64,000 nucleotides of DNA from Candidatus Nanohaloarchaea archaeon. GTDB taxonomy: Archaea; Nanohalarchaeota; Nanosalinia; Nanosalinales; Nanosalinaceae. The notes under the pieces are model-generated. The model had not been told where the DNA came from. It did no database searches and was given only the letters and a program-made list of their open reading frames with translations. Below are positions 29,888 to 38,692 of this stretch, one piece after another; the first letter of the stretch is position 1; every line of letters begins with the position of its first letter. The translations under genes and the position numbers were made by a program. The stretch is from the NCBI GenBank assembly GCA_041639695.1, contig JBEQBQ010000002.1:869-64868 (forward strand), given 5' to 3'.

Positions 29888-30093
29888 TCCTCCATCAACT
29901 CGTCTATCTCATCACTGAGTTGTTTGCAGTAGTCGAAAAACTCGGTTTCGTCCTCAACCCTATCTGGATACGCATCAAGATCCCATGGATTGAATTCGAA
30001 GGTTTCACGAGTATTTTCTTCTACAGTGTCTATGTAGAGGTTGGTAAATTCGTATACTTGGTGTCCCCAGTCTCCGCCCGGTATTTCAACCAT
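29884..30093 (-). CDS. small acidic hypothetical protein
   Basis: 69-aa ORF overlapping both neighbours (ATGA-type overlaps) inside the gatD-gatE operon. Confidence 0.45.
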   Translation of the reverse strand: MVEIPGGDWGHQVYEFTNLYIDTVEENTRETFEFNPWDLDAYPDRVEDETEFFDYCKQLSDEIDELMEE

Positions 30094-31384
30094 TATAGAC
30101 CGACCTCTTGTTGATCTCCCCGTTAACGTCAGTTTGGAAAACTTCTTTTGCTTCCTCCATGGATTCAGAGTTAGCTAGGCTCCACATCATTTTGACGTAG
30201 GCAAGTTCGGGATGCATGTCTTCTGCCTCGATCACTCCGGCCTCCTGTATCTTTATCCCGGGGCCGTACACGTTCATATTGGTTCTTCCGTTAATACACT
30301 GGGAGCTCATAGCCGGTACGGTATTTTCAGAAATGTTCCTAACTTTTTCTACTATCTCATCGTGGTGCTCCGTATGTTCATCGAAGGATGTGGCAGGTAG
30401 ATGCCCAAGTCCTGTTCCCTCAATAATCAAGCCTTCATAATCCTTTTCTTCTATAAATTCAAGCTCCTCCAGGTCTAGGCCGGGTCTTACTTTCAGGAAT
30501 CCGACATTTTTGTTAAGGTCGGGTTCGAAACTGTATTCTCCGGATTGTTCCTCGAAGTTTTCTGTTATTTTATCGTTGTCGTAGTCGACGGTTCCAAGAG
30601 GTTCTGCATTAATAGGTTCAAATGCATCCCTCCGAGATGTGTGCATCTTTCTTGCCTTCGCAGCAGGTATTACAGCGCATTTCGTGTCGTCCGGATCTCT
30701 GTGCATGCAGACCCCTATTCCTGTGAAGTCGGTTTCTGTCAGGAACTTTGTAGCGCAGTAAAGGTTCATAGCTGCATCGCTGCTTGGTCTGTCGCTACTT
30801 CGCTGGGCTCCAACAATCATTACACCTGTATCAAGGTTCTGCAGCATCAAGGTTAGCGCAGGGCCGGTGTATTGGATAGTGTCTGTCCCGTGGCCGACAA
30901 TTATTCCATCATAGTCGTCTTTCACTTCGTCAATCTTTTTTGCGATCTGTTGCCAGTGTTCTGGTTCCATATCCTCTGAAACCATCTGAGAAATGACTTC
31001 TGAATGGAGATTGCATTCCTCTGCCAGTTCTGGGTACATTTCAACTAGGTCTTCGGGATCGAAAGCCGGTTTTACTCCGCCTTCTTCGTATGAAACCCTT
31101 GAAGCAATTGTGCCGCCAGTGTGAAGTACCATTATGTCCGGATTCTCGTTATCATGAGGTACTTCCGGTTTCTCTAGGTCTTTTGTTTCTTTTTTCTCTA
31201 CTAACTCAAGTTCTTCGGGTTCCAGGCCTATGTTGTAGCCGGATTCTAGTTTGAGGACGATCGAGTTGGGGTCGCCGCTTTCCGGCTTCGGCATAAGCCT
31301 ACCTTTTCTATCGTTTACTTCCACGAGGTCGCCTTTCTCTATGTTTTTTTCATCGAGAAGACTGCGGATTTCGTCCGAATACAT
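30086..31384 (-). CDS. gatD: Glu-tRNA(Gln) amidotransferase subunit D
   Basis: 432 aa. Asparaginase-type VLHTGGTIAS and HGTDT motifs. Confidence 0.9.
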   Translation of the reverse strand: MYSDEIRSLLDEKNIEKGDLVEVNDRKGRLMPKPESGDPNSIVLKLESGYNIGLEPEELELVEKKETKDLEKPEVPHDNENPDIMVLHTGGTIASRVSYEEGGVKPAFDPEDLVEMYPELAEECNLHSEVISQMVSEDMEPEHWQQIAKKIDEVKDDYDGIIVGHGTDTIQYTGPALTLMLQNLDTGVMIVGAQRSSDRPSSDAAMNLYCATKFLTETDFTGIGVCMHRDPDDTKCAVIPAAKARKMHTSRRDAFEPINAEPLGTVDYDNDKITENFEEQSGEYSFEPDLNKNVGFLKVRPGLDLEELEFIEEKDYEGLIIEGTGLGHLPATSFDEHTEHHDEIVEKVRNISENTVPAMSSQCINGRTNMNVYGPGIKIQEAGVIEAEDMHPELAYVKMMWSLANSESMEEAKEVFQTDVNGEINKRSVYNG

Positions 31385-31486
31385 AATTTTGCTGGGTTAT
31401 CTAAACCTTAATAAATCGACCCGTGACACCAAAATGTAATACGAAAACGGCTAAAATATCGAAATAAATTCGATTTGTAATACATT

Positions 31487-32224
31487 CTATCTGAAGTTCT
31501 GTACATCGACTTTCAGGAAGTCGGCGCCCGTAGGCAGCTGGTAAAGAACATCATACTTGAAACCGTACTCGCTTGAGATCGTAGCCTTAATCCTGCCCGT
31601 TCCAATATAATCTCCTAGTTGTTCGGCTTCTGTATAACCTGTTCCGTAGCTTGTAGATGGCTCGGCATTAAGTTTTACGGTAATATTGCCGTCCAGGTTT
31701 TTGTTCGGGCCTTCAGGGTTTTTGAACTCGTAGAGGGCGACTAGCTTTGAGGTATTGATACTTTGAGGAGAGCTGCTTGAACCCACATTTTTAATACAGG
31801 CCTTAATATGGTCGTTCTCCATAAGGTAGCACGAGGTTCCGTCTATAGTAGTTTTGTTTACCTCCACATTTGCAGAGGAACTTAAGACTATGTTGCCGCT
31901 TTTCTTCGAGGTCTGTGGCGATATTACGTTTGAATCAGTACGTAACTCATATATTAAGGATTTGGTGTCGTTGTTGAAATAGAGTTCTCCCCGGCTAAAA
32001 CTTATATCCATAGTTCTTGTAGAGCCTTTCCCTTCGGAGACGACTTCTTGGACGTTGGAGTCTACAGTCTGCATGAAGTTCTGGGCCTTCCTGATCGAGT
32101 TGGCGTCCTGCATGTTTTCAAGTGCGGGGGCGCCAACTGTAAGGGCTGCAGAGACCGCGGTCACAGTCACTCCTACGTATATTGCCATCGTCGCGATCTC
32201 AGAAACTCCTTTCGACATAACCAA
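31487..32224 (-). CDS. prepilin-like protein (class III signal peptide)
   Basis: MVMSKG|VSEIATMAIYVGVTVTAVSAAL. Confidence 0.6.
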   Translation of the reverse strand: MVMSKGVSEIATMAIYVGVTVTAVSAALTVGAPALENMQDANSIRKAQNFMQTVDSNVQEVVSEGKGSTRTMDISFSRGELYFNNDTKSLIYELRTDSNVISPQTSKKSGNIVLSSSANVEVNKTTIDGTSCYLMENDHIKACIKNVGSSSSPQSINTSKLVALYEFKNPEGPNKNLDGNITVKLNAEPSTSYGTGYTEAEQLGDYIGTGRIKATISSEYGFKYDVLYQLPTGADFLKVDVQNFR

Positions 32225-32248
32225 TCCTACTTTCTGGTGGCTTAAATA

Positions 32249-32797
32249 TTAATGGAGCCGGGTATTTACCCAGGTCTCACTATCATCTTCCATCTTGGAC
32301 CAGACAAACATACGGGAGTTAGAAACGTTAAACTCTCTGTCTATTCCGAGCGATTTCACCTTAATACGGGATTCAAACTTTCCTTCAGGAAGCGAAATCT
32401 GTTTGCTCTGCATGGATTCTAGAGTTAAGTTGGACCAAGATCCGTCTACTTGTATATCTGTATTGATTAGGGAATCGCCGTAATTAATTACGAGCCCTTT
32501 ACCCGAATAAGGAAGTAAGATATAATTTAGGCCTCTATAATCTATACCTTTTCTCTGAGACTGCCTGTCTATGAATCTGTGAGAGTTGTAAACCCTTCTT
32601 TCGATATATGTTGATGAGAGATTTTTCTGAAGGGCTTCGTCAAAAGATTCAACTGGTACATCCATCGAATCCGAGAAGTACTGCCTAAAATAGGTTTCTT
32701 CTCCGCCTTCTACAAAGTCGCCGTAAGAATAGACTGTTAGGAGAATGAAGCTTGAGAATACGATAGCTGAAAGTATGAAGACTTGGCCCTTTCTCAT
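32249..32797 (-). CDS. prepilin-like protein (class III signal peptide)
   Basis: MRKG|QVFILSAIVFSSFILLTVY. Confidence 0.6.
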   Translation of the reverse strand: MRKGQVFILSAIVFSSFILLTVYSYGDFVEGGEETYFRQYFSDSMDVPVESFDEALQKNLSSTYIERRVYNSHRFIDRQSQRKGIDYRGLNYILLPYSGKGLVINYGDSLINTDIQVDGSWSNLTLESMQSKQISLPEGKFESRIKVKSLGIDREFNVSNSRMFVWSKMEDDSETWVNTRLH

Positions 32798-33369
32798 TTG
32801 TATATCGCCGCCCGTATCTCGTAGCTCGAGTTTTCATATCCGGGATAGTTTACTGTATATACGTCGTCTTTCTCAGGCAGATTACCTTTCGAAATATATG
32901 AGTTAAATGAAACAGTAAGCTTTCCGGTTCCAGTAATATTGAACCATCTTTGGCCCGAATCAACGCTCTCAAAGTGGTAACCGTCTTTACTGATGTTGTC
33001 AAGCACCTTTGAATCCCCAAAACTTGCGTTGAGGTTGTCTGCGTTCTTCACCCATAGCTGCATGCCTGAAAGATTCGAGCTACTGAAATATGTCTGATCC
33101 GGGGACTGGAGACTTCTGTAAGTTGAGTTCATTTGGATTATTCTGACTGAATGATTGTAGCTCTCAGGTATAGTTGAATCAATTTTGTTCTTGACTAAAG
33201 AGGGGTCAAGCGGTAGTTTATCTCTTTGTTCTAGAGTTTTAAGTTCCTGCAGAACGCTGTCAAACTCGATATCTGCCTGCTGTGAAGTCTGGGGTAGAAC
33301 AACAAGTACCATAGTCAGAATTAGTGTCGATGCTATGACTGCCTCTAAAGTATGTATGAAACCCTTCAC
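32794..33369 (-). CDS. prepilin-like protein (class III signal peptide)
   Basis: MKG|FIHTLEAVIASTLILTMVLVVL; the N-terminus resembles that of 12662..14440 (GHIIEAMIAII). Confidence 0.6.
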   Translation of the reverse strand: MKGFIHTLEAVIASTLILTMVLVVLPQTSQQADIEFDSVLQELKTLEQRDKLPLDPSLVKNKIDSTIPESYNHSVRIIQMNSTYRSLQSPDQTYFSSSNLSGMQLWVKNADNLNASFGDSKVLDNISKDGYHFESVDSGQRWFNITGTGKLTVSFNSYISKGNLPEKDDVYTVNYPGYENSSYEIRAAIYK

Positions 33370-34532
33370 CAGACGGTCACCCTTGTACTTAGCTCAGTTA
33401 AGCTACCGTTCCTGTAAAAACCGGTAAGAAAGCCTTCTCTCGACACAGCCTGTTGCAAAGGTATCTGGCTGCCTATGGAGGTAATTTTCTTAGTTTGGTT
33501 CGATACTGAAATGTTAAACCTGTCCGGAGAACGTTCTAAGAGGTTTTGAAGCTCTTGATCTGATTTATTGTTAAGTTCTTCTATCCTCGCTATAGGGGCT
33601 GCTGGGAAACTGTTTAGGGGTCCGAAAACGGTTTTACCTTCGCTGTAGCTCTTTATCCTCTTCCAGCCTGCTTTGTAGTCTTTATCGTGAAGTCTTATCC
33701 GGACTCTGCTTGCGTTTATCTCCGCCAACACCGTCGAGCTATCGGGCTTGGATACATCAGCCTCCATATTACCTATAAAGCTTATGCCGTAGTTTGATGC
33801 TACGGTAAAACCTTTTGTGGTTCCCTGTTTGAAGGATCCGCTTCCTACAAGTTCGGTTGTAGAGTTGTCTGCTTCCCAGTACAGAGTTGAAAGGTTTTTG
33901 AGTTGGAAGGATATATCGGAGGCGTTTTCAAGAATCAGTTCCGTTGAACCGTTGTAAATATTTAGATCGACCGGCCTCATCTCTGCAAATAACCGATATT
34001 CCTCTATATTAAAGGTTGAAGTATTTAGATCCGCGGAGGATGAGAGAAGCTGTTTGTCATTAATTTTTAGCGACTGAAGCCCATTCCCGCCTGGTTTTAC
34101 TGAAATATCGGAGTTGTTCATCCATGTTCCTGTATCAATATCCTGGTAGACGTCCCCTGTAATATTTCTCGGGAAGAGATTCAGAGTTCTAGTAGCATTC
34201 GATTTCTCTATTACTGTAACTGTTCTGTTCTTGTAGAGCTCAACATTTTCATTCCCTAGGCTCGCGTTAACATAGAATTTGTCAAAAAAATGTTTTCGAT
34301 CCACAGGAACGCTTGAGATTGTAAACGGCGACCTTGTTACCAGTTTTTTCTGGCCGAGAGAATCAGTAAACTGGCTCTCCAAACGTTCGCCGACCTGGGT
34401 TGCCAGATTTTCTAGATTGCTTGAGTTTTCTCCTGTCTGGTAGCCGGCTAGGAAGATAATGCTGGAGAGTAATGTGATTATCATTAGACCCAGTCCTATA
34501 GACCAGTCGATGTTGACGGACTGACCTTTCAA
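33366..34532 (-). CDS. prepilin-like protein (class III signal peptide)
   Basis: MKG|QSVNIDWSIGLGLMIITLLSSIIFLAG; 388 aa. Confidence 0.6.
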   Translation of the reverse strand: MKGQSVNIDWSIGLGLMIITLLSSIIFLAGYQTGENSSNLENLATQVGERLESQFTDSLGQKKLVTRSPFTISSVPVDRKHFFDKFYVNASLGNENVELYKNRTVTVIEKSNATRTLNLFPRNITGDVYQDIDTGTWMNNSDISVKPGGNGLQSLKINDKQLLSSSADLNTSTFNIEEYRLFAEMRPVDLNIYNGSTELILENASDISFQLKNLSTLYWEADNSTTELVGSGSFKQGTTKGFTVASNYGISFIGNMEADVSKPDSSTVLAEINASRVRIRLHDKDYKAGWKRIKSYSEGKTVFGPLNSFPAAPIARIEELNNKSDQELQNLLERSPDRFNISVSNQTKKITSIGSQIPLQQAVSREGFLTGFYRNGSLTELSTRVTVW

Positions 34533-35440
34533 CTGATATCAACCTCGTTGGAACCAGTTTTCCTCACCGAGATTGAGTAGCCGCCTGACGAAAGATCAAG
34601 CTCAGAGTTCAGACTGATCTCTGGTTCATAACTAACTCTGACTAGGGGTTCTTGATGGATGATGAAGCCGAAGCTAGGTTTCAGTTTGTCTAGAAAGCTT
34701 CTGCCTGTTATAGTTTGTTTTCTACCCTCTATAGCTCCTTTGTTTCCTTGGGTTAAAGGCAGAATAAAGTTAGCTCTATTTGATTCTTTGGTGATACTCA
34801 ATAAATTTTTATCTTCCAAATTTCTCTCAGCTTTGAGAAAACTTGATGTTACTAAACCTGATACGTAATCATCTGAATCTGAAACTAAATAAGGAAATTC
34901 GGCAGGAGGGCTAAAATCTCTCTCAGTCTGAACCCTCTGGCCATCAAAGTAAATCTTATCTGAACTACTTAGGTTAAACTCCATCTCTACTGTAACGTTT
35001 TCAGGAGACTGATAGGTTCCACAGACCTTAGTATCGAAAACAGAAGGCTTTGAGACGTGAGCGTCATCTTTGGAGGAAGCGGAGAAAAGGACTGTTGAGT
35101 TTGAGGGACAAGAGCCTGTCGACGTGGTTACGGCCATTCTTCCGGTACATACGTGAAGGTTGTAGGAGTCAAAGATTGAGAAATGAGCGTTTTCCTCCCT
35201 AGATGACAGATAAAAACCTGAATTCGATTTACAGCTTGTTGAGATACTAGAACTTTCGATCCCTGAGACGCATACGTTATTTGAATAGTAGTTAGGCTCT
35301 GCCGGATGGCTATATGTTTCGTTGCTGTCGAAAGATATTAATGGTTCATAGCTCCCGCATTCATCTGCATATTTGACCTCCAGCGCGGCTGAAGCCGGAA
35401 TAATTAGAGCGATAACTAGCAGAATTTTCAGCAGCTTCAT
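34529..35440 (-). CDS. Sec-signal secreted protein with three Cys/His repeats (module copy A)
   Basis: 303 aa. MKLLKILLVIALIIPASAA signal. Paralog of 35947..36861 (shared SPENVT, PPxEFPY, PSFG, PLVRVxY). 4-nt overlap with the prepilin-like operon. Confidence 0.6.
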   Translation of the reverse strand: MKLLKILLVIALIIPASAALEVKYADECGSYEPLISFDSNETYSHPAEPNYYSNNVCVSGIESSSISTSCKSNSGFYLSSREENAHFSIFDSYNLHVCTGRMAVTTSTGSCPSNSTVLFSASSKDDAHVSKPSVFDTKVCGTYQSPENVTVEMEFNLSSSDKIYFDGQRVQTERDFSPPAEFPYLVSDSDDYVSGLVTSSFLKAERNLEDKNLLSITKESNRANFILPLTQGNKGAIEGRKQTITGRSFLDKLKPSFGFIIHQEPLVRVSYEPEISLNSELDLSSGGYSISVRKTGSNEVDIS

Positions 35441-35499
35441 GGTTTCAAAATTGTCTGCTTTCGGTTATTAAACCTGCACGCACTTGGGTCATCGAACGA

Positions 35500-35507
35500 T
35501 TTAAATT
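35500..35507 (+). promoter_or_regulatory. TATA-box-like element for 35531..35863
   Basis: TTTAAATT centred about 28 nt upstream of the ATG. The same element sits at the same distance in duplicate copy B. Confidence 0.35.
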
Positions 35508-35530
35508 CTGGAAAGCTGCTTAAACATTAT

Positions 35531-35863
35531 ATGGAGTCCAAAATTCTGATGACGCTACTGGGTATTTCTTTAGTAGCGGTAGCGGCTGCACCTGCCTCAG
35601 AGCCTAACCATCCGTTCTCTCAGATTTACCCGGTAGATGTTGACCTCAACATGTCAGAAAAGGATATCTTCAACGTTACAGAAGTCGATTTAGCTGGAGG
35701 CCTAATTTTCTCAGGTGACTGGATAAAGACTCCTGGTGGTGCTAGCCTTTTAGGCTGGAACTCTTCTTCAACAGAACTTGAATTGAATAATGGAAATCTG
35801 GACACAAATGGGAATAGTATAGTTTCCTCGGGTTCTGAGCTATGTCTAGGCGATGAATGCTAG
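35531..35863 (+). CDS. small Sec-signal secreted protein ending in a CxxxxC motif (module copy A)
   Basis: 110 aa. Signal peptide, HPFSQIYPVDVDLN, NGNLDTNGNSIVSS, C-terminal ELCLGDEC. Paralog of 36928..37266. Confidence 0.6.
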   Translation: MESKILMTLLGISLVAVAAAPASEPNHPFSQIYPVDVDLNMSEKDIFNVTEVDLAGGLIFSGDWIKTPGGASLLGWNSSSTELELNNGNLDTNGNSIVSSGSELCLGDEC

Positions 35864-35946
35864 AACCAAGAGACTATAACAATTTCAGATTAAGGAGATA
35901 CGTAAGTGGTTTGCAAATGTTTTAATGGAATTAGGAGGGATTAGAG

Positions 35947-36861
35947 TTAATCTAACGTGATTCTCACTGAATCTTCTATTATTCCGGAGTTACTGATTGT
36001 CAGGTCTCCACGTTCCCTGATATTTGAGTTATCGTTTCCAATTGTCAGATTAGGTCTATAAATTACTCTTACAAGCGGCATGCTCTGTAATGGTTCTCCG
36101 AAGCTCGGTTCAATCTGCTCGATTAAGACTCTTTCGTTGATTTCTTTCTGTCTTTTCTCAATCTCTGTCTGACCTCCATCAGAGAATGGTACTAAGAATG
36201 AAGATTGGCCTGCTGAAGTCATCGATACAGTATCAGAGGTAGGTCTAGAAAGTTTTAGGAAATCTCCGTAATTAACAATACCTAGAGGTTGCTCTGAAAC
36301 AATATACGGGAACTCGACAGGGGGATAGAGCTCTTCTCCGGTAGTTATCTCTTGTTGGCTTGCATATGTTGTCCCGGACACTCCATTCAACTCTAAGGTA
36401 ACGTTTTCCGGGCTTTTTGTCGTTAAACAGAGGCTCTTGTTGTATGGATCTGCGTTATAGCTTGGAGCAGCTGCGTGTGTGTTGGTCTTATCTGTTACGG
36501 ACAGAGTTTTCGTTCCGTTTACACAGCTATCTTTCACTGAGGCTCGTAAACTTCCTGAACATAGGCTGTAGCTGTACTGGTTCTCGAAAATACTGAGATG
36601 GGAGTTTGTCTTGTTAGCCATGGAGAAAAGGGTTTCGTCCCCTGAACTGCAGCTTAAACCAATTCCAAGGTTTTCAGCGTCATCCACACATACCTGATTG
36701 GGGTAATAACCGGGTTCTGCAACGTGACCTCCATCCGTTTTGTTGAGAGAGACTAAAGGCTCAGTTCCATCAGGACAGCTGGTTCCAACCGAAACATCTA
36801 CTGCTGTCACGCCTTGTGTGATTAAGATAAGGGCTCCAATTAGGAATATCTTTTTTCTCAC
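35947..36861 (-). CDS. Sec-signal secreted protein with three Cys/His repeats (module copy B)
   Basis: 304 aa, GTG start. MRKKIFLIGALILITQGVTA signal. Paralog of 34529..35440. Confidence 0.6.
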   Translation of the reverse strand: MRKKIFLIGALILITQGVTAVDVSVGTSCPDGTEPLVSLNKTDGGHVAEPGYYPNQVCVDDAENLGIGLSCSSGDETLFSMANKTNSHLSIFENQYSYSLCSGSLRASVKDSCVNGTKTLSVTDKTNTHAAAPSYNADPYNKSLCLTTKSPENVTLELNGVSGTTYASQQEITTGEELYPPVEFPYIVSEQPLGIVNYGDFLKLSRPTSDTVSMTSAGQSSFLVPFSDGGQTEIEKRQKEINERVLIEQIEPSFGEPLQSMPLVRVIYRPNLTIGNDNSNIRERGDLTISNSGIIEDSVRITLD

Positions 36862-36897
36862 GTCTAAAACTTGTTTAAACCCGAATATAAGATCAAC

Positions 36898-36904
36898 TTT
36901 AAAT
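36898..36904 (+). promoter_or_regulatory. TATA-box-like element for 36928..37266
   Basis: TTTAAAT centred about 27 nt upstream of the ATG; mirrors 35500..35507. Confidence 0.35.
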
Positions 36905-36927
36905 CCTGCGTTCTCTAAATTGCTGAT

Positions 36928-37266
36928 ATGAATAGCTGGAGAGCCGGAGGTATCGCCTTATTAGCCATATTTCTAGCTGCTCTAGCTACCGCTCCCACCG
37001 TACAACACCATCCGTTCTCACAGATTTTTCCGTCAGACCAGGATCTCAACTTTGGAGAATACGATGCGTTTAATATGACAGAAGTTAACCTGGCGAACGG
37101 AGCTATTTTCACAGGCAACGTGGTCAGAAACGCTGGAAGATCGATTGATATTATTAGATACCTAAATACTGGAAATGTAGAGATACCTAACGGCAATCTA
37201 GATCTGAAAGGCAACAACATTACTTCTTCATCTGGAGGTGAGATATGTGTCGGAGAATATTGTTGA
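36928..37266 (+). CDS. small Sec-signal secreted protein ending in a CxxxxC motif (module copy B)
   Basis: 112 aa. HPFSQIFPSDQDLN, NGNLDLKGNNITSS, C-terminal EICVGEYC. Confidence 0.6.
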   Translation: MNSWRAGGIALLAIFLAALATAPTVQHHPFSQIFPSDQDLNFGEYDAFNMTEVNLANGAIFTGNVVRNAGRSIDIIRYLNTGNVEIPNGNLDLKGNNITSSSGGEICVGEYC

Positions 37267-38155
37267 AATTGATAAAGAAGAATTAGAGGGACTGATTGAG
37301 AGTAAAGTTGAAGAAAGAGTAGAGGAGAGAGTACAGAAAGAGCTTGAGAAAGGAAAAAGTACTAAGAAAGAGTCCGAAAGCGGTATGTCGAGAAGAGGTT
37401 TTTTAAAGAAGCTTGGAGCTGGAGCAGTAGGTTTAGGCGCTCTTTCGCTGTCAGCCTCGGCATTAAACGTTAGAAGTGACGACCTGACATTCTACGGAGC
37501 TGATTCATCTCAGGAGTTAGAGGTGCTTGATGGAGGTCCTGTGAACATCAAAAACGCCAATTTGCAGTTAAATGGAAATAGTATTGAAGGGGTAGAATAT
37601 CTGAAGTTAAATAACATAGAGTTTGGAAGCTTGCCGACTGAGGAGTTCGTAATAGGTATAGATAACAGCGAGTCCCCGAAATATTATCATAATGGTTCTT
37701 GGAGGAAATTCTGGACCTCAAAAAACGATGGAGACGGAAGCGGGCTAAACGCTGACATGGTGGATGGCGAGGAACCGCCTTTTGGTCAGATGCCGTCGGG
37801 AGCTATTGTCATGTGGTCTGGCTCTATCTCGAACATTCCCTCAGGATGGGTTCTCTGTGACGGCAATAATGGCACGCCTGACCTCCGAGATCGTTTCGTG
37901 GTGGGTGCAGGCAACTCCTATAATGTTGGAAATACGGGAGGGGAAGCCTCACATAATCTTACGGAAAGCGAGATGCCTTCACATAATCATGGCATAAAGG
38001 AGGTAAGTAATGTTAACGATTCAAATATAGGGGAAGGATTTACGCACAACGACGGCGATACAAGCTATATCAATTTCTCGCAGGATGCTGGAGGCGATAG
38101 CGCTCACGAAAACCGACCGCCTTACCATGCGCTAGCCTATATTCAGAAGGTGTAA
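37247..38155 (+). CDS. coiled-coil-leader / twin-arginine-signal secreted protein with phage tail-collar-like C-terminal domain (family member 3)
   Basis: GTG 37247 gives MSENIVEIDKEELEGLIESKVEERVEERV, which aligns with member 4 (the ORF is open from 37238). RR at 49-50 (MSRRGFLKKLGAGAVGLGALSLSASA|L). GDGSGLNADMVDG. GAIVMWSGSISNIPSGWVLCDGNNGTPDLRDRFVVGAG...MPSHNH. Confidence 0.75.
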   Translation: MSENIVEIDKEELEGLIESKVEERVEERVQKELEKGKSTKKESESGMSRRGFLKKLGAGAVGLGALSLSASALNVRSDDLTFYGADSSQELEVLDGGPVNIKNANLQLNGNSIEGVEYLKLNNIEFGSLPTEEFVIGIDNSESPKYYHNGSWRKFWTSKNDGDGSGLNADMVDGEEPPFGQMPSGAIVMWSGSISNIPSGWVLCDGNNGTPDLRDRFVVGAGNSYNVGNTGGEASHNLTESEMPSHNHGIKEVSNVNDSNIGEGFTHNDGDTSYINFSQDAGGDSAHENRPPYHALAYIQKV

Positions 38156-38158
38156 ATT

Positions 38159-38578
38159 ATGACTCATAAATGCTCAAGATGTGGTGAAGAACTAGGCCGG
38201 GGGAAGGAAGTCAAAGATAAAGCTCGTTACATCGAATCTCACGACATGGAAACTGAGACTGAAAGAGAGCAGATTATTGCTTTAAGGCATACTGACAAGA
38301 CAAGGCAAATCCGGGACATATTGGTAGATGAGCAGGGTTTGAATGTTGTTCAGGCAAACAGAGTGATGGCAAGGAAAGACAAGTCCTATCTAGATAAGAT
38401 CGACAAGTCATTCACTGAATCGGATTTTAAGCAAGAAGAAGTCTCTAACCCGGTTTCTCCAGAGGAGGATCCAGAGGTCGTCCAAGTTGATACAAAACTG
38501 ATTACAGAAAAGGAGGCTGAGAAAGCTCTTGTATGTAAGCAAGAATGTGTTAAGGAGCAGGATGAAATCATATGGTAA
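38159..38578 (+). CDS. hypothetical protein with N-terminal CxxC
   Basis: 139-aa acidic ORF starting 4 nt after the previous stop; MTHKCSRCGEEL. Confidence 0.45.
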   Translation: MTHKCSRCGEELGRGKEVKDKARYIESHDMETETEREQIIALRHTDKTRQIRDILVDEQGLNVVQANRVMARKDKSYLDKIDKSFTESDFKQEEVSNPVSPEEDPEVVQVDTKLITEKEAEKALVCKQECVKEQDEIIW

Positions 38579-38692
38579 GTCGTGTTTTCTAAGGATATTG
38601 GGATATTTGCTGCATATGGAAGGTCTTGAAAGGATATCTCCAGTAAAAACGACAATTTTAAACCCCAGAAAACTAAATTTTTTCTATAATTA

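Noticed and set aside
36915-37220. 101-aa minus-strand ORF
   Set aside because: Antisense to 36928..37266, whose product is paralogous to 35531..35863 along its full length.
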